From assembly GCA_029210695.1 (NCBI GenBank), contig JARGFH010000001.1:62001-126000 (forward strand): DNA of 64,000 nt. Reading direction: 5' to 3'. The position numbers and the translations under genes are program-made. This DNA comes from Acidimicrobiia bacterium (GTDB lineage: Bacteria > Actinomycetota > Acidimicrobiia > Spongiisociales > JAHEDJ01). The notes under the pieces were generated by a model, which was given only the letters and a program-made list of their open reading frames with translations, was not told the DNA's origin and did not search any database. The first letter of the stretch is position 1. Every line of letters begins with the position of its first letter. Below are positions 38,074 through 48,196 of this stretch, piece after piece.

Positions 38074-39168
38074 TCAATCGAGATTGCCGAGCGCGGCGTC
38101 GATCTCGCCCAGCACAGCCGGATCGTGCTCCACTGCTCTGCGTGCGGCCAAGGCGGGCCTGGCCTCTTCACCCATCTCTCCGAGGGCCCAGGCCGCATGG
38201 CACCGAAGCGTTGCACGGCGATGGCCGAGGTACCGTGCCAGGATCGGGAGGTGTTCTGGTAGACCCGAGTTACCGAGCGCGATGAGAGCGTTCCGCCGGA
38301 TGTAGTCCGGGTCGCGCTTGGGGATGAACCAGTGTCCGGCGAAATCGAGCAACGCCTCATCATCGGCCGACAGAAGCTCGGTAAGGTCGATCCGCTCACT
38401 CTCCACCGTCTGTTCCAGAGAGTTGTGCCCGGGCGGGCAGGCGTCGAGGCAGTCATCGCAGCCGTAGATGCGATCTCCCCACGGCCTGCGCAACGAAACC
38501 GGGATGACACCGGCAGTCTGAGCCCAGTAGGCAATGCATCGTGTCGCATCGAGGACCCCGGGTGCGATCAAGGCTCCCGTGGGACACGCCGGAATACAAG
38601 CGTCGCATTTGCCGCAGTCGCGTCGCATCGCTTCGCTCACGGGGAGATCGGCGTCGGTGACGATCGAACCCAACAGCAACCACGGTCCGTGCTTCGGTGA
38701 TATCACCATCGTGCTCTTACCCCACCAGGCGACCCCGGCCCTGACCGCGGCGGCACGATCCACCAGCCGGCCGTCATCGACCAGAGCTTCCACCCGGAAC
38801 CCCGACGCCGCCAGCAGCTCTGTCAGCATTCCGAGACCGGCACGGAGCGGGGCGTAGTGATCCCGGGTCGCGAACCGGGCTATTCGCCCACCTGCGCCGT
38901 CGGGCGGACCGGGCGAGCCGGCCATGGGAACATACGTGCTCGCCGCAACGACGAGTGACTTCGCCCACGGGAACGACCGGCGAACATCTGTAGCGAGATC
39001 CGGATCGCGATAGGTGAATCCAAGCCGGCCCGACAAGCCGCCGGCCTTTCGCTCGTGCATAGTCCGCCCCACCGCCTCAAACGGCTCAGCTGAGGCGATC
39101 CCGAAACCATCGAGTCCGGCGTGATCAGCGGCAGCCCGCAAGCGCACAACAAGTTGTTCCACCCGCAC
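38074..39168 (-). CDS. queG: epoxyqueuosine reductase
   Basis: GRIARFA..DHY, CGKCDACIPACPTGA, RCIAY, GCDDCLDACP, C-terminal HEAT-like repeats. Confidence 0.92.
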   Translation of the reverse strand: MRVEQLVVRLRAAADHAGLDGFGIASAEPFEAVGRTMHERKAGGLSGRLGFTYRDPDLATDVRRSFPWAKSLVVAASTYVPMAGSPGPPDGAGGRIARFATRDHYAPLRAGLGMLTELLAASGFRVEALVDDGRLVDRAAAVRAGVAWWGKSTMVISPKHGPWLLLGSIVTDADLPVSEAMRRDCGKCDACIPACPTGALIAPGVLDATRCIAYWAQTAGVIPVSLRRPWGDRIYGCDDCLDACPPGHNSLEQTVESERIDLTELLSADDEALLDFAGHWFIPKRDPDYIRRNALIALGNSGLPEHLPILARYLGHRRATLRCHAAWALGEMGEEARPALAARRAVEHDPAVLGEIDAALGNLD

Positions 39169-39185
39169 AGGCTACGGCGTCTGCG

Positions 39186-39386
39186 TCATCCATTTGCAGC
39201 TGTTGGTTCTTCCCTGCGTGGAATCAGCCGGAGCCGGGGAACAAGCCCCACTTCGGCCAGGTTTCCCAACGCCTCGGTCTCCGTGTCGTTCAGTTCCACC
39301 GGCCCGGCCGCGAGCAGGTACGTAACCACGCAATCCGTGCACGCATCCGTGTTGCGCATCGCGCAGACGTCACAATCGATTCGCAT
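39186..39386 (-). CDS. small Cys-rich hypothetical protein
   Basis: MRIDCDVCAMRNTDACTDCVVT...LAEVGLVPRLR; purine-rich RBS. Confidence 0.8.
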   Translation of the reverse strand: MRIDCDVCAMRNTDACTDCVVTYLLAAGPVELNDTETEALGNLAEVGLVPRLRLIPRREEPTAANG

Positions 39387-39416
39387 GGCTTCCTTCCTGT
39401 TCGTGATTCCTCGCTC

Positions 39417-39438
39417 ACCGTATCGTGAGGGTGGGACA
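39417..39438 (-). promoter_or_regulatory. possible RecA-NDp/PafBC-like promoter
   Basis: TGTC-N12-TACGGT about 30 bp upstream of the Cys-rich gene. Confidence 0.5.
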
Positions 39439-39451
39439 GAAAAGGAGCCGC

Positions 39452-39486
39452 GGGTTCCGGGTCGCGGGTCGCGGGTCGCGGGTCGC
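39452..39486. repeat. heptamer tandem repeat (GGGTCGC)4 plus one degenerate unit
   Basis: Directly visible; abuts the hisN stop. Confidence 0.85.
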
Positions 39487-40253
39487 TACACGGCGCCAAG
39501 CAGACCCAGCACCTCGTCGTGGACCAGGCCGTTGCTCGATATCGCCGTGCCCCCTTCGTATGTCGTCCGACCACGGAAGTCGGTGAACCGTCCGCCGGCT
39601 TCCTCAACGATGATTTGGAGGGCGGCAAGATCCCACGGGTTGACGATCGGCTCTGCGGCGATATCCACTGCGCCCTCCGCTACGAGCATGTGCGACCAGA
39701 AATCCCCGAATCCCCTCGTACGCCAGCAGCGCCTGGAGAGCGACCGACCCTCTTCTCCAAGGCCGTGGTCATCGAAGTCGAGGAGACTACTGATCGACAG
39801 CTGTGCGTCTTCCAAAGCGGCGATACTGGAAACGCTGATCGGTTCACCGTTGAGAAATGCACCGTGGCCGTTTGCCGCCCACCATCGGCGGCCGAGGGCG
39901 GGAGCGGTGACGACACCGACCTCTGCATGCCCGGCTCGTGTCAGGGCGATCAGGGTGGCGAACACAGGGATACCGCGCACGTAGTTCATGGTGGCGTCGA
40001 TTGGATCGATGATCCACGTCCACTCACCCGACCCAGACGTGCCGTACTCCTCCCCCAGGACCGCGTGATTCACCCGCTGCTCGGTAATTCGCTCACGAAG
40101 GAGTTGTTCAACTCGTCGGTCGGCTTCTGAAACGGGTGTCATGTCCGGCTTCGTGTCTACGACCAGATCCAGCGCCTTGAAGCCGGCCAGAGTTACGCGA
40201 TCGGCGAGGTCGGCTAGACCTAGCGCAAACTCGAGTTCGATGGGGAGGTCCAT
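39486..40253 (-). CDS. hisN: histidinol-phosphatase (inositol monophosphatase family)
   Basis: KPDMTPVSEAD, GEEYG, WIIDPIDAT.NYVRGIPVFATLI, RTRGFGDFWSHMLVAEGAVD, WDLAA. Confidence 0.9.
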   Translation of the reverse strand: MDLPIELEFALGLADLADRVTLAGFKALDLVVDTKPDMTPVSEADRRVEQLLRERITEQRVNHAVLGEEYGTSGSGEWTWIIDPIDATMNYVRGIPVFATLIALTRAGHAEVGVVTAPALGRRWWAANGHGAFLNGEPISVSSIAALEDAQLSISSLLDFDDHGLGEEGRSLSRRCWRTRGFGDFWSHMLVAEGAVDIAAEPIVNPWDLAALQIIVEEAGGRFTDFRGRTTYEGGTAISSNGLVHDEVLGLLGAV

Positions 40254-41467
40254 CACCTGCCTCGCATCCATCCAACGAACGATTCGCTCCATAGGGCGAT
40301 GGCGCCGTTGTACTCTGCACGTTCTCGCACTTCTCGATCCGTGGATACCACGATCACGTCGCCGGGGAGGACTGCTGCCAGTCGAACGACCTCGTCGTCT
40401 GCGCTGCGCACGAACCTGGTTTCGATCGGACCGGGGATTGTTGCTTCCTCCTCAGTCGAATCGAACACGAGGACGATCGGCAATGGACCTTTTGCCAAAC
40501 GTCGGAGGCGGATCAGGCCCTCCCTGACCTGTTCACGCAACTCCGGTGTAGAAAACCTGCTCTCGTCGAGTTGGAACGAAACGTTGTAGCCGTCGACGAC
40601 GAGGGTTATGGGTCGCTCCTGCTGCAGCATCCAACGGATTGCGTCGACCTGATCCGGCCGGATACCGTCTGGAACGACGAGCGCGGGAGGCTTCCCGCCC
40701 TTGATGTCTGCATCGGTCGAGCGGGGGCGCATCGCCAACATGAGCTCATCGAGCATCTTCGCCATCTCGAGGGGATCACCGGTCCGCCAGATCCGAGGGC
40801 TTCCGTCGTCTTCGCCGGTGCGCTCGGCCCGCCGTTCTTTGAGCAGCATGTGCTTGAGCGACTCGATCCGGCCATCAGCCTCGACCAGGTCTGTCCGTAA
40901 CCGACCGACCTCGGCCCGCGCCTTTCGCAAATCCTTCTCGAGATCTGCCGAAGGTGCGGCCGCCGCAGTGCGGGCGGCCTCGGCGGCGATTCTCGCTTCC
41001 TTGACCTTCTTATCCGCCGTCCGCCGGGCGTCCGCAAGAGCGGCCCGAGCAGAGCGTTCCTTCTCTTTGGACGCCTCGAGGGCCGACTTCATCCGCTCCA
41101 TCGTCTGTTGGAGTGCCACGACCTCTGTACCCATCTGCGCCTGCTCACGATCAGCACTCAGCGCCAAGAGGCTTTGCTCCCAGTCCTCCGGGCGGTGCAG
41201 AAAGAGACCCGCCGCCGCCAGGTCTGGTTCGCCGGACTCCGGGTCGGCCTCCACCATCGCATCGGTGACCTTGTCGCGCAGCCACGTGTTCTCATCGATT
41301 TCGTAGAGCAGGCTCCGGGCGTAGGGCGGAGTGAGCCGCCGACCGGAATTCTTGGCCACTTTCCGCAGAGAGGCCGGGACCTCTTCGGGTTCCAGGTCCC
41401 GCAAAACGCCGCGAGCGGCTTCAAGGACCGGGTCGAGCAGCTTCAAGAGCGTGTTGGAACACTTCAC
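40253..41467 (-). CDS. coiled-coil + NYN (YacP-like) domain protein
   Basis: LVVDGYNV, LVFDS, SADDEV, VVSTDREV; start uncertain. Confidence 0.85.
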   Translation of the reverse strand: MKCSNTLLKLLDPVLEAARGVLRDLEPEEVPASLRKVAKNSGRRLTPPYARSLLYEIDENTWLRDKVTDAMVEADPESGEPDLAAAGLFLHRPEDWEQSLLALSADREQAQMGTEVVALQQTMERMKSALEASKEKERSARAALADARRTADKKVKEARIAAEAARTAAAAPSADLEKDLRKARAEVGRLRTDLVEADGRIESLKHMLLKERRAERTGEDDGSPRIWRTGDPLEMAKMLDELMLAMRPRSTDADIKGGKPPALVVPDGIRPDQVDAIRWMLQQERPITLVVDGYNVSFQLDESRFSTPELREQVREGLIRLRRLAKGPLPIVLVFDSTEEEATIPGPIETRFVRSADDEVVRLAAVLPGDVIVVSTDREVRERAEYNGAIALWSESFVGWMRGR

Positions 41468-41490
41468 GTCGGCCAGGGTACAAACCTCAT

Positions 41491-41545
41491 GGACTTTTCT
41501 GCGCAATGCAATGGACCGTCACGCGCCAATGTATTGCGGAGAAAC
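41491..41545. repeat. palindromic REP-like unit, same family as 11955..12069
   Basis: ttttctgcgcaatgcaa-tggaccgtcacgcgcca-atgtattgcggagaaa. Confidence 0.85.
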
Positions 41546-41887
41546 TCAGGGTCGGGCGGCGCCGGAGCTGCAAAGGACGCACATGGCCGTGGACGGAATC
41601 GCCTCCATGCGTTCGAGCGGGATCCGTTGGCCGCAGCCGTCGCATATGCCGTATGTTCCCTGTTCGAGCTTGCTGAGAGCTCGATCGATGTCGGCAATAG
41701 AGCGAAAAATCGACCGCGCCGTTGCGGTTGTACTGATCCGCTCGACGGCTTCAGTGGTTCCGTCCCCAACGCGTTTGCCGAAAGACACATTGGCTCCGGA
41801 CTCGGGCGGTGCCGTCAACCGGGCGAGCTCGGCGCTCAAGTCATGCCTTCGCTGTCTCAGGCTGCTGTTCAGTTCTTCGAAGCTCAA
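41546..41887 (-). CDS. TraR/DksA C4 zinc-finger protein
   Basis: IDRALSKLEQGTYGICDGCGQRIPLERMEAIPSTAMCVLC; TTG start after GAGGA. Confidence 0.9.
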   Translation of the reverse strand: MSFEELNSSLRQRRHDLSAELARLTAPPESGANVSFGKRVGDGTTEAVERISTTATARSIFRSIADIDRALSKLEQGTYGICDGCGQRIPLERMEAIPSTAMCVLCSSGAARP

Positions 41888-41974
41888 ATCGACATCCTCA
41901 GGAGAACGCGGGCCGCATCTCGGTGTGCAGAACGTTACTGATCGCCTCATGCCGATCCGCTCAAATCCGGGAGA

Positions 41975-42003
41975 TTGACATCGGCCCGGCTTTGGCCCAT
42001 ACT
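41975..42003 (+). promoter_or_regulatory. sigma70/sigmaA promoter of the ilv-leu operon
   Basis: TTGACA-17 bp-CATACT, 10 bp before the leader ATG. Confidence 0.8.
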
Positions 42004-42013
42004 GCCGCTCCAC

Positions 42014-42046
42014 ATGTTCTCAACAGAGATCCTCGTACTTCAATAG
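42014..42046 (+). CDS. ilvB leader peptide MFSTEILVLQ
   Basis: Consecutive Ile-Leu-Val-Leu codons between the promoter and the terminator. Confidence 0.82.
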   Translation: MFSTEILVLQ

Positions 42047-42085
42047 GCACATACGTCACAACCAGGACGTGTGTGCCCTCCGATG

Positions 42086-42108
42086 CCCTCCGAGCCGGAG
42101 GGTTTTTT
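42086..42108 (+). terminator. attenuator terminator
   Basis: CCCTCCG-agc-CGGAGGG followed by TTTTTT, upstream of ilvB. Confidence 0.88.
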
Positions 42109-42130
42109 GTATCCCGACCGAAGGAACACG

Positions 42131-43834
42131 ATGAACACAATCAGCGGAGCCCAGGCAGTCATCAAGGCACTGGAACGCGAGGGCGTCGACATCGTATTCG
42201 GCGTGCCGGGAGGAGCGATCCTCCCGGCCTACGATCCGCTGTACGACTCCCCCATTCGACACGTGCTGGCGCGCCATGAACAAGGCGCCGGCCATATGGC
42301 AGAGGGGTACGCCTGGGCGACGGGCAAGGTCGGGGTCTGCATCGTCACCTCCGGTCCGGCTGCCACCAACCTGGTAACGCCGCTGGCGAACGCGCTGATG
42401 GATTCCATACCGATCGTCGCCATCACCGGACAGGTCGCAACCACTTCGGTCGGTAACGATGCATTCCAGGAGGCCTACACCACCGGGATCACGATGAATG
42501 CCACGAAGCACAACTACTTCGTGACCAACCCCGATGACATTCCCGACGTCATTCACGAGGCGTTTCACATTGCCGCGACGGGACGACCGGGACCGGTGCT
42601 GGTCGATCTACCCAAGGACATCCTCAACGCGCACCTCAAGTGGCACAAGCCACCGAAGCTGGATCTGCCCGGATACAAACCGACGGTCGAGGGCCACCCG
42701 CGCCGGATACTGGAAGCAATCAAACTGATCGAATCCGCCCACCGACCCGTCATCTACGCGGGTGGCGGAATCATCAAGGCGAACGCGGCGGACCAGCTCC
42801 GCATGTTCGCAGAGCAAACGAACGCTCCCGTCGTCACAACCCTCATGGGTCTCGGTGGGTTCCCCGGTGACCACGACCTCTTCCTCGGAATGCCGGGCAT
42901 GCACGGAACGTACGCAGCCACCACGGCAATCCAGAAGGCCGACCTCCTCATTGCGCTCGGAGTCCGTTTCGACGACCGGGTTACCGGCAACCCGGACTTC
43001 TTCGCCCCGCACGCCAGCGTGATCCACGTCGACGTCGACCCTGCGGAAATCGGCAAAGTCCGCCAGGCAGAAATCCCGATCGTCGGGGATGTCGGCCGGA
43101 TTTTGGAACAGATGCTCGAGGCATGGGCAAAACGGCCGGCACCCGACCACAAAGAATGGTTGGAGAAGGTGAATAGCTGGCGCACCGACAACCCGGTTCG
43201 CTTCGACCAGCAGCCCGACGGGCCGCTGAAACCGCAGTACGTGATCGAGGAGCTCTACCGGCGGACGGGTGGCGACGCCATCGTCGTGTCGGGAGTCGGT
43301 CAGCACCAGATGTGGACGGCACTCCACTGGAAGTTCTCCAGACCACGCGAATGGATCAACTCCGGCGGGCTCGGCACCATGGGCTTCGGCGTTCCCGCCG
43401 CCATCGGCGCCAAAGCCGGAGCGCCCGAGCGAACGGTCTATCTGATCGACGGCGACGGGTCGTTCCAAATGACGCATCAAGAACTGGCCACCGCCTCGGC
43501 GGAGGGTTTCCCGATCAAGATTGCCCTCATCAACAACGGTGTGCACGGCATGGTTCGCCAGTGGCAGACACTCTTCTACGGGAGCCGCTATTCGGGGAGT
43601 GAGCTGGGGCGGGACACGGTCAACTTCCCGATGCTCGCCGAAGCAATGGGTTGCGTCGGTATGCGGGTCGAAACACCAGGAGAGGTCGGCCCGGCAATCG
43701 AGAAATCGCTCTCGATCAACGACCGGCCGGTCCTGATCGAGTTCGTGGTCGATCCGGACGAGATGGTGTTCCCGATGGTGCCGGCAGGTGGTTCGAATGA
43801 TCAAATCATCCTTGGACCGGAGGACTTGGAATGA
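42131..43834 (+). CDS. ilvB: acetolactate synthase large subunit
   Basis: FGVPGGAILP, RHEQGAGH, GRPGPVLVDLPKD, SGGLGTMGFG, IDGDGSFQM. Confidence 0.97.
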   Translation: MNTISGAQAVIKALEREGVDIVFGVPGGAILPAYDPLYDSPIRHVLARHEQGAGHMAEGYAWATGKVGVCIVTSGPAATNLVTPLANALMDSIPIVAITGQVATTSVGNDAFQEAYTTGITMNATKHNYFVTNPDDIPDVIHEAFHIAATGRPGPVLVDLPKDILNAHLKWHKPPKLDLPGYKPTVEGHPRRILEAIKLIESAHRPVIYAGGGIIKANAADQLRMFAEQTNAPVVTTLMGLGGFPGDHDLFLGMPGMHGTYAATTAIQKADLLIALGVRFDDRVTGNPDFFAPHASVIHVDVDPAEIGKVRQAEIPIVGDVGRILEQMLEAWAKRPAPDHKEWLEKVNSWRTDNPVRFDQQPDGPLKPQYVIEELYRRTGGDAIVVSGVGQHQMWTALHWKFSRPREWINSGGLGTMGFGVPAAIGAKAGAPERTVYLIDGDGSFQMTHQELATASAEGFPIKIALINNGVHGMVRQWQTLFYGSRYSGSELGRDTVNFPMLAEAMGCVGMRVETPGEVGPAIEKSLSINDRPVLIEFVVDPDEMVFPMVPAGGSNDQIILGPEDLE

Positions 43835-43889
43835 GCGCCGTGAGCTATCGGCCACCAACTGAGGTCCGCCTACGACCCTGGAGTGCTTC

Positions 43890-44387
43890 ATGAACCAGCA
43901 CACGCTGTCCGTCCTCGTCGAGAACAAAGCCGGCGTTCTGGCCAGGGTTTCATCGCTTCTGGCCCGACGTGGGTTCAACATCCATTCCCTAGCAGTTGGA
44001 CCGACTGCCGACGAGGGGATCTCCCGGATGACGATCGTGGTGGATGCCCCGGAACTCGAGCAGGTGAAAAAGCAACTCCACAAGCTCATCAATGTCGTCA
44101 AGATCACAGAGTTGGATAGGGCGACAGCCGTCGAGCGTGAGATCTCCCTCATACGTGTCTCCACGGACGGCCAGAAACGAAGCGACGTGCTGGAGGTGGC
44201 CACCCTCTTCGACGCCGTCGCCGTTGACGTTGGTGTCTCGACCATCATGTTCCTGGTGACCGGGTCACCAGAAAAAGTCAACGATTTCGTCGAACTGGTA
44301 CGGCCGTATGGTATCGCCGACCTCGTCAAATCGGGGCGAGTCGCTTTGGCACGGGACCAAAAGAGCCGTAAGTTGCGAGCGAGCTAG
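43890..44387 (+). CDS. ilvN: acetolactate synthase small subunit
   Basis: HTLSVLVENKAGVLARV...RRGFNIHSLAVG ACT domain. Confidence 0.96.
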   Translation: MNQHTLSVLVENKAGVLARVSSLLARRGFNIHSLAVGPTADEGISRMTIVVDAPELEQVKKQLHKLINVVKITELDRATAVEREISLIRVSTDGQKRSDVLEVATLFDAVAVDVGVSTIMFLVTGSPEKVNDFVELVRPYGIADLVKSGRVALARDQKSRKLRAS

Positions 44388-44399
44388 AAACGAGGATTC

Positions 44400-45410
44400 A
44401 TGGCAACGATTCACTACGACGAGGACGCCGACCCTTCGATTATCAAAGGCCGCAAAGTCGCGATCATCGGGTACGGCAGCCAGGGACATGCCCACGCCCT
44501 CAACCTCAAGGAGTCAGGCGTCGACGTTGTCGTTGGATTGCGTGAACGTTCTGCCCGCCGTTCCGAGGCGGAAGCGGAGGGACTCCGCGTCGCGACGCCC
44601 GCAGAAGCGGCCGCCGAAGCCGACTTCATCATGATGCTCACACCCGACCAGAACATGGCCGCCCTCTACGAACACGAGATTGAACCTCATCTCGAAGAAG
44701 GCGATGCATTGTTCTTCGCCCATGGATTCAATATCCATTTCGGGGCCATCATCCCCCCGGAGCATGTCGATGTCGCGATGGTTGCACCCAAGGGCCCCGG
44801 CCATCTCGTTCGCCGCACCTACACCGAAGGTTCCGGGGTGCCGTGCTTGCTCGCCGTGCACCAGGACCACACCGGCCTGGCGCACGACCTCGCACTCTCC
44901 TACGCATGGGCCATCGGCGGTGGGAGGGCCGGAGTCCTGGAGACGACCTTCAAGGAAGAGACGGAGACGGACCTCTTCGGCGAGCAGGTCATCCTCTGTG
45001 GTGGCGTCTCCTCGCTTATCAAGGCGTCGTTCGAAACGCTCGTCGAGGCCGGATATCAGCCTGAGTCGGCTTATTTCGAGACACTGCATGAGCTCAAACT
45101 GATCGTGGATCTCCTCTACGAAGGGGGCCTGTCCTATATGCGCTTCTCGGTGTCCGACACCGCCGAGTACGGCGACTACACCCGCGGCCAGCGCATCGTC
45201 ACCGACGACACGAAAGCCGCCATGAAGGACATACTCACCGAAATCCAATCGGGCGCGTTTGCGCACGAGTGGTTGGCGCAGGCCAAGGAAGGCGCACCGT
45301 TCCTACTCGAGCAGCGCGCCAAAGGGCGTGACCACCAGATCGAACAGGTCGGTGCAGACCTGCGACGCTTGATGCCGTTCCTGGACCAGAAGGTGGCGGA
45401 CGACGCATGA
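44400..45410 (+). CDS. ilvC: ketol-acid reductoisomerase
   Basis: [42 protein letters not shown]. Confidence 0.97.
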   Translation: MATIHYDEDADPSIIKGRKVAIIGYGSQGHAHALNLKESGVDVVVGLRERSARRSEAEAEGLRVATPAEAAAEADFIMMLTPDQNMAALYEHEIEPHLEEGDALFFAHGFNIHFGAIIPPEHVDVAMVAPKGPGHLVRRTYTEGSGVPCLLAVHQDHTGLAHDLALSYAWAIGGGRAGVLETTFKEETETDLFGEQVILCGGVSSLIKASFETLVEAGYQPESAYFETLHELKLIVDLLYEGGLSYMRFSVSDTAEYGDYTRGQRIVTDDTKAAMKDILTEIQSGAFAHEWLAQAKEGAPFLLEQRAKGRDHQIEQVGADLRRLMPFLDQKVADDA

Positions 45411-45588
45411 GAGAGCGGATCGACTCGCGCGGATGGTGGCTGGCGCTTCGCCGGCCGGGCGGCCACTAGGTCGGCCCGGCCGCAAGGAGCAATAGGCTAT
45501 AGGCGATAGGCCGTAGGCAGTGCCCTACGGCTCACAGCTCGATGCCAATCGTCCGCATCCACCGTTCACAACAGGAGATCCTCACACT

Positions 45589-47127
45589 ATGTCTGACAAG
45601 CTGATCATTTTCGACACCACCCTGCGCGACGGAGAACAGGCACCCGGTATCGCCCTCAACTCCGACGAGAAACTGGCTATCGCCTTTCAACTGGCCAAGT
45701 TGCGTGTCGATGTAATCGAGGCGGGTTTCGCCGCCTCCTCAGACGGCGATTTTGAAGCGGTTTCGCGTATCGCCAAGGAAGTGAAGGGACCGGTGATCGC
45801 CAGCCTGGCCCGCTGCGTACCGAACGATATCGACCGCGCTTGGGACGCGGTGCGCCACGCCGACCGGAATCGAATTCACGTCTTTCAATCCACTTCACCG
45901 ATCCACATGGAACGAATGCTCCGGATGACCCCAGAAGAGGTGATGCAGTCGGTCAAGGAGGGCGTGGCGCGCGCCCGCAGCTACACCGACAACGTCGAGT
46001 TCTCACCCCAGGACGCCACACGCTCCGACCCCGAATTCATGCTGGCCGTGTGCCGGGCAGCCGTCGAGGCCGGGGCGACCACTCTCAACATCCCGGACAC
46101 TGTGGGCTACGCCACCCCGAGCGAGTACGTCGAGTTACTCACCCGGGTGTATGCGGAAGCTCGCGGCGACAACGAAGACGTCATTATCTCGACCCACTGC
46201 CACAACGACCTCGGCCTGGCCGTGGCTAATTCGCTCGCGGCGATCTCGGCCGGCGCCAGGCAGATCGAAGGCGCCATCAACGGCATTGGTGAACGAGCGG
46301 GCAACACGTCCACCGAAGAGATCATCATGGCCATCAGGACCCGTGAGGATCAGTTCGGGGTCGAGATCGGCGCAGACACCACCGAGATCGTCGAGACCTC
46401 CAGACTCGTGTCCAGGCTCACCGGGTATCCGGTGCAGTTCAACAAGGCAGTCGTCGGACGAAACGCCTTTGCCCACGAGTCCGGCATCCACCAACACGGC
46501 ATGCTGCGCGACCGGGAGACCTACGAAATCATGGATCCGGCTGCAGTCGGACACATAAGCCAGATCATTCTCGGCAAACACTCGGGCAGGGCCGGGTTCG
46601 CCGACGCACTTCGCAAGATGGAGATCGTTCTGGAGGACGAGGACTTTGAACGAGCATTCGAGCGCTTCAAGGAACTCGCCGACCGCAAGGGGGAGATCAG
46701 CGAGGAAGACGTGCGGGCGATCGTCGACTACACCTCGTCCAAGGAAGCCGAGCTGATCCACCTGTTCAGCATGCACGTCGCCGGCGGCAACGAGGTCACC
46801 CCACAGGCCAGTGTGAAGGTCGAGACGCGCGGCCTGACGCTCGAATATGAGGCCGAAGGCGACGGCATGGTGCACGCCACGTTCGCAGCTCTGAAGAAGG
46901 CGTTCGGTATCGATGCCCGACTCGTCGACTACCGGGTCGTTCCCGTGACCCGCGGCGCCGACGCAATGGCTGAGATCAACGTCGTCGTGCAGATGGGCGG
47001 TCGCGCTTATGCCGGTCGATCGGTCGACACGGATGTCGTGGGTGGGTCGGCACGCGCCTTCGTCAACGCACTGAACAAGGCGGCCCAGCAGGTCATCGCC
47101 GAGACCGTCGGCGAGGTTCAGGTATGA
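45589..47127 (+). CDS. leuA: 2-isopropylmalate synthase
   Basis: [44 protein letters not shown]. Confidence 0.96.
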   Translation: MSDKLIIFDTTLRDGEQAPGIALNSDEKLAIAFQLAKLRVDVIEAGFAASSDGDFEAVSRIAKEVKGPVIASLARCVPNDIDRAWDAVRHADRNRIHVFQSTSPIHMERMLRMTPEEVMQSVKEGVARARSYTDNVEFSPQDATRSDPEFMLAVCRAAVEAGATTLNIPDTVGYATPSEYVELLTRVYAEARGDNEDVIISTHCHNDLGLAVANSLAAISAGARQIEGAINGIGERAGNTSTEEIIMAIRTREDQFGVEIGADTTEIVETSRLVSRLTGYPVQFNKAVVGRNAFAHESGIHQHGMLRDRETYEIMDPAAVGHISQIILGKHSGRAGFADALRKMEIVLEDEDFERAFERFKELADRKGEISEEDVRAIVDYTSSKEAELIHLFSMHVAGGNEVTPQASVKVETRGLTLEYEAEGDGMVHATFAALKKAFGIDARLVDYRVVPVTRGADAMAEINVVVQMGGRAYAGRSVDTDVVGGSARAFVNALNKAAQQVIAETVGEVQV

Positions 47128-48185
47128 GTCGATACCGGCTGGCCGCCATCCCCGGCGACGGCATCGGGGTCGAGGTAACCGCCGAGGCGGTCAAAGCGGT
47201 GAAGGCTGCGGCCGATCGATTCGACTTCTCCGTCGAGATCACGGAATACGACCTCGGCGGCGACCGCTACCTGCGCACCGGTGAGGTGCTGCCGGACACG
47301 GTCGAAACCGAACTGGCCGGCCATGACGCCATCCTCCTGGGCGCCGTTGGGACACCGGACGTGCCGCCCGGCGTGCTCGAGCGAGGATTGTTGCTGCGGC
47401 TTCGATTCTCGTTCGATCAGTACGTGAATGTGAGACCGGTCAAGCTCTACGAGGGTGCTCCCACCCCGATTGCCGGGCTCACTCCCGATCGATGTGACAT
47501 GGTCATCTTTCGAGAGAACACTGAAGGACCCTATGTGGGAGTCGGCGGCTTCGTTCGCCGGGGCACACCGCAGGAGATCGCCACCCAGGAGTCGGTCAAC
47601 ACACGCTACGGAGTCGAGCGAATCATCCGGCGCGCCTTCGATCGAGCCAGACGCTCCCGTCGCCACCTCACGCTCGCCCACAAGACCAATGTGCTCAACT
47701 ACGCCGGCGACCTCTGGCAACGAACGTTCGATGATGTTGCCGACGAGTATCCGGAAGTGGGCACCGATTACGTCCACGTTGACGCCATGTGCCTGTACAT
47801 GGTCACACATCCGGAACGATTCGATGTAGTGGTAACCGACAACCTGTTCGGCGACATCATCACCGACCTCGGAGCTGCGGTCCAGGGCGGCATGGGTCTG
47901 GCTGCCAGCGGCAACGTCAACCCTGAGCGGGACTTCCCGTCGATGTTCGAGCCGGTTCACGGATCCGCACCCGATATCGCAGGTCGCGGGTGGGCCAATC
48001 CGGTGGCAGCCGTCCTTTGTGCGGCCATGTGCCTCGACCACCTCGGGGAACAGGACGCGGCGAGCGCGGTAGAGCGCGCGGCCGCCTCAGTCCTGCCGGG
48101 CCTACGAACGATGGGTGGACCCGACATGGGATCAACCACCGCGGAGATCGGTGATCGCATCGGAACCGCGATCGCCGCGAGCTAA
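47124..48185 (+). CDS. leuB: 3-isopropylmalate dehydrogenase
   Basis: [40 protein letters not shown]. Confidence 0.95.
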   Translation: MSRYRLAAIPGDGIGVEVTAEAVKAVKAAADRFDFSVEITEYDLGGDRYLRTGEVLPDTVETELAGHDAILLGAVGTPDVPPGVLERGLLLRLRFSFDQYVNVRPVKLYEGAPTPIAGLTPDRCDMVIFRENTEGPYVGVGGFVRRGTPQEIATQESVNTRYGVERIIRRAFDRARRSRRHLTLAHKTNVLNYAGDLWQRTFDDVADEYPEVGTDYVHVDAMCLYMVTHPERFDVVVTDNLFGDIITDLGAAVQGGMGLAASGNVNPERDFPSMFEPVHGSAPDIAGRGWANPVAAVLCAAMCLDHLGEQDAASAVERAAASVLPGLRTMGGPDMGSTTAEIGDRIGTAIAAS

Positions 48186-48196
48186 TCGGCAGGCAA

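Noticed and set aside
42608..44329. Long antisense ORFs (573 aa here; also 3597..4799, 16588..17496 and others)
   Set aside because: Shadow frames of well-supported genes, expected in high-GC DNA; no motifs.
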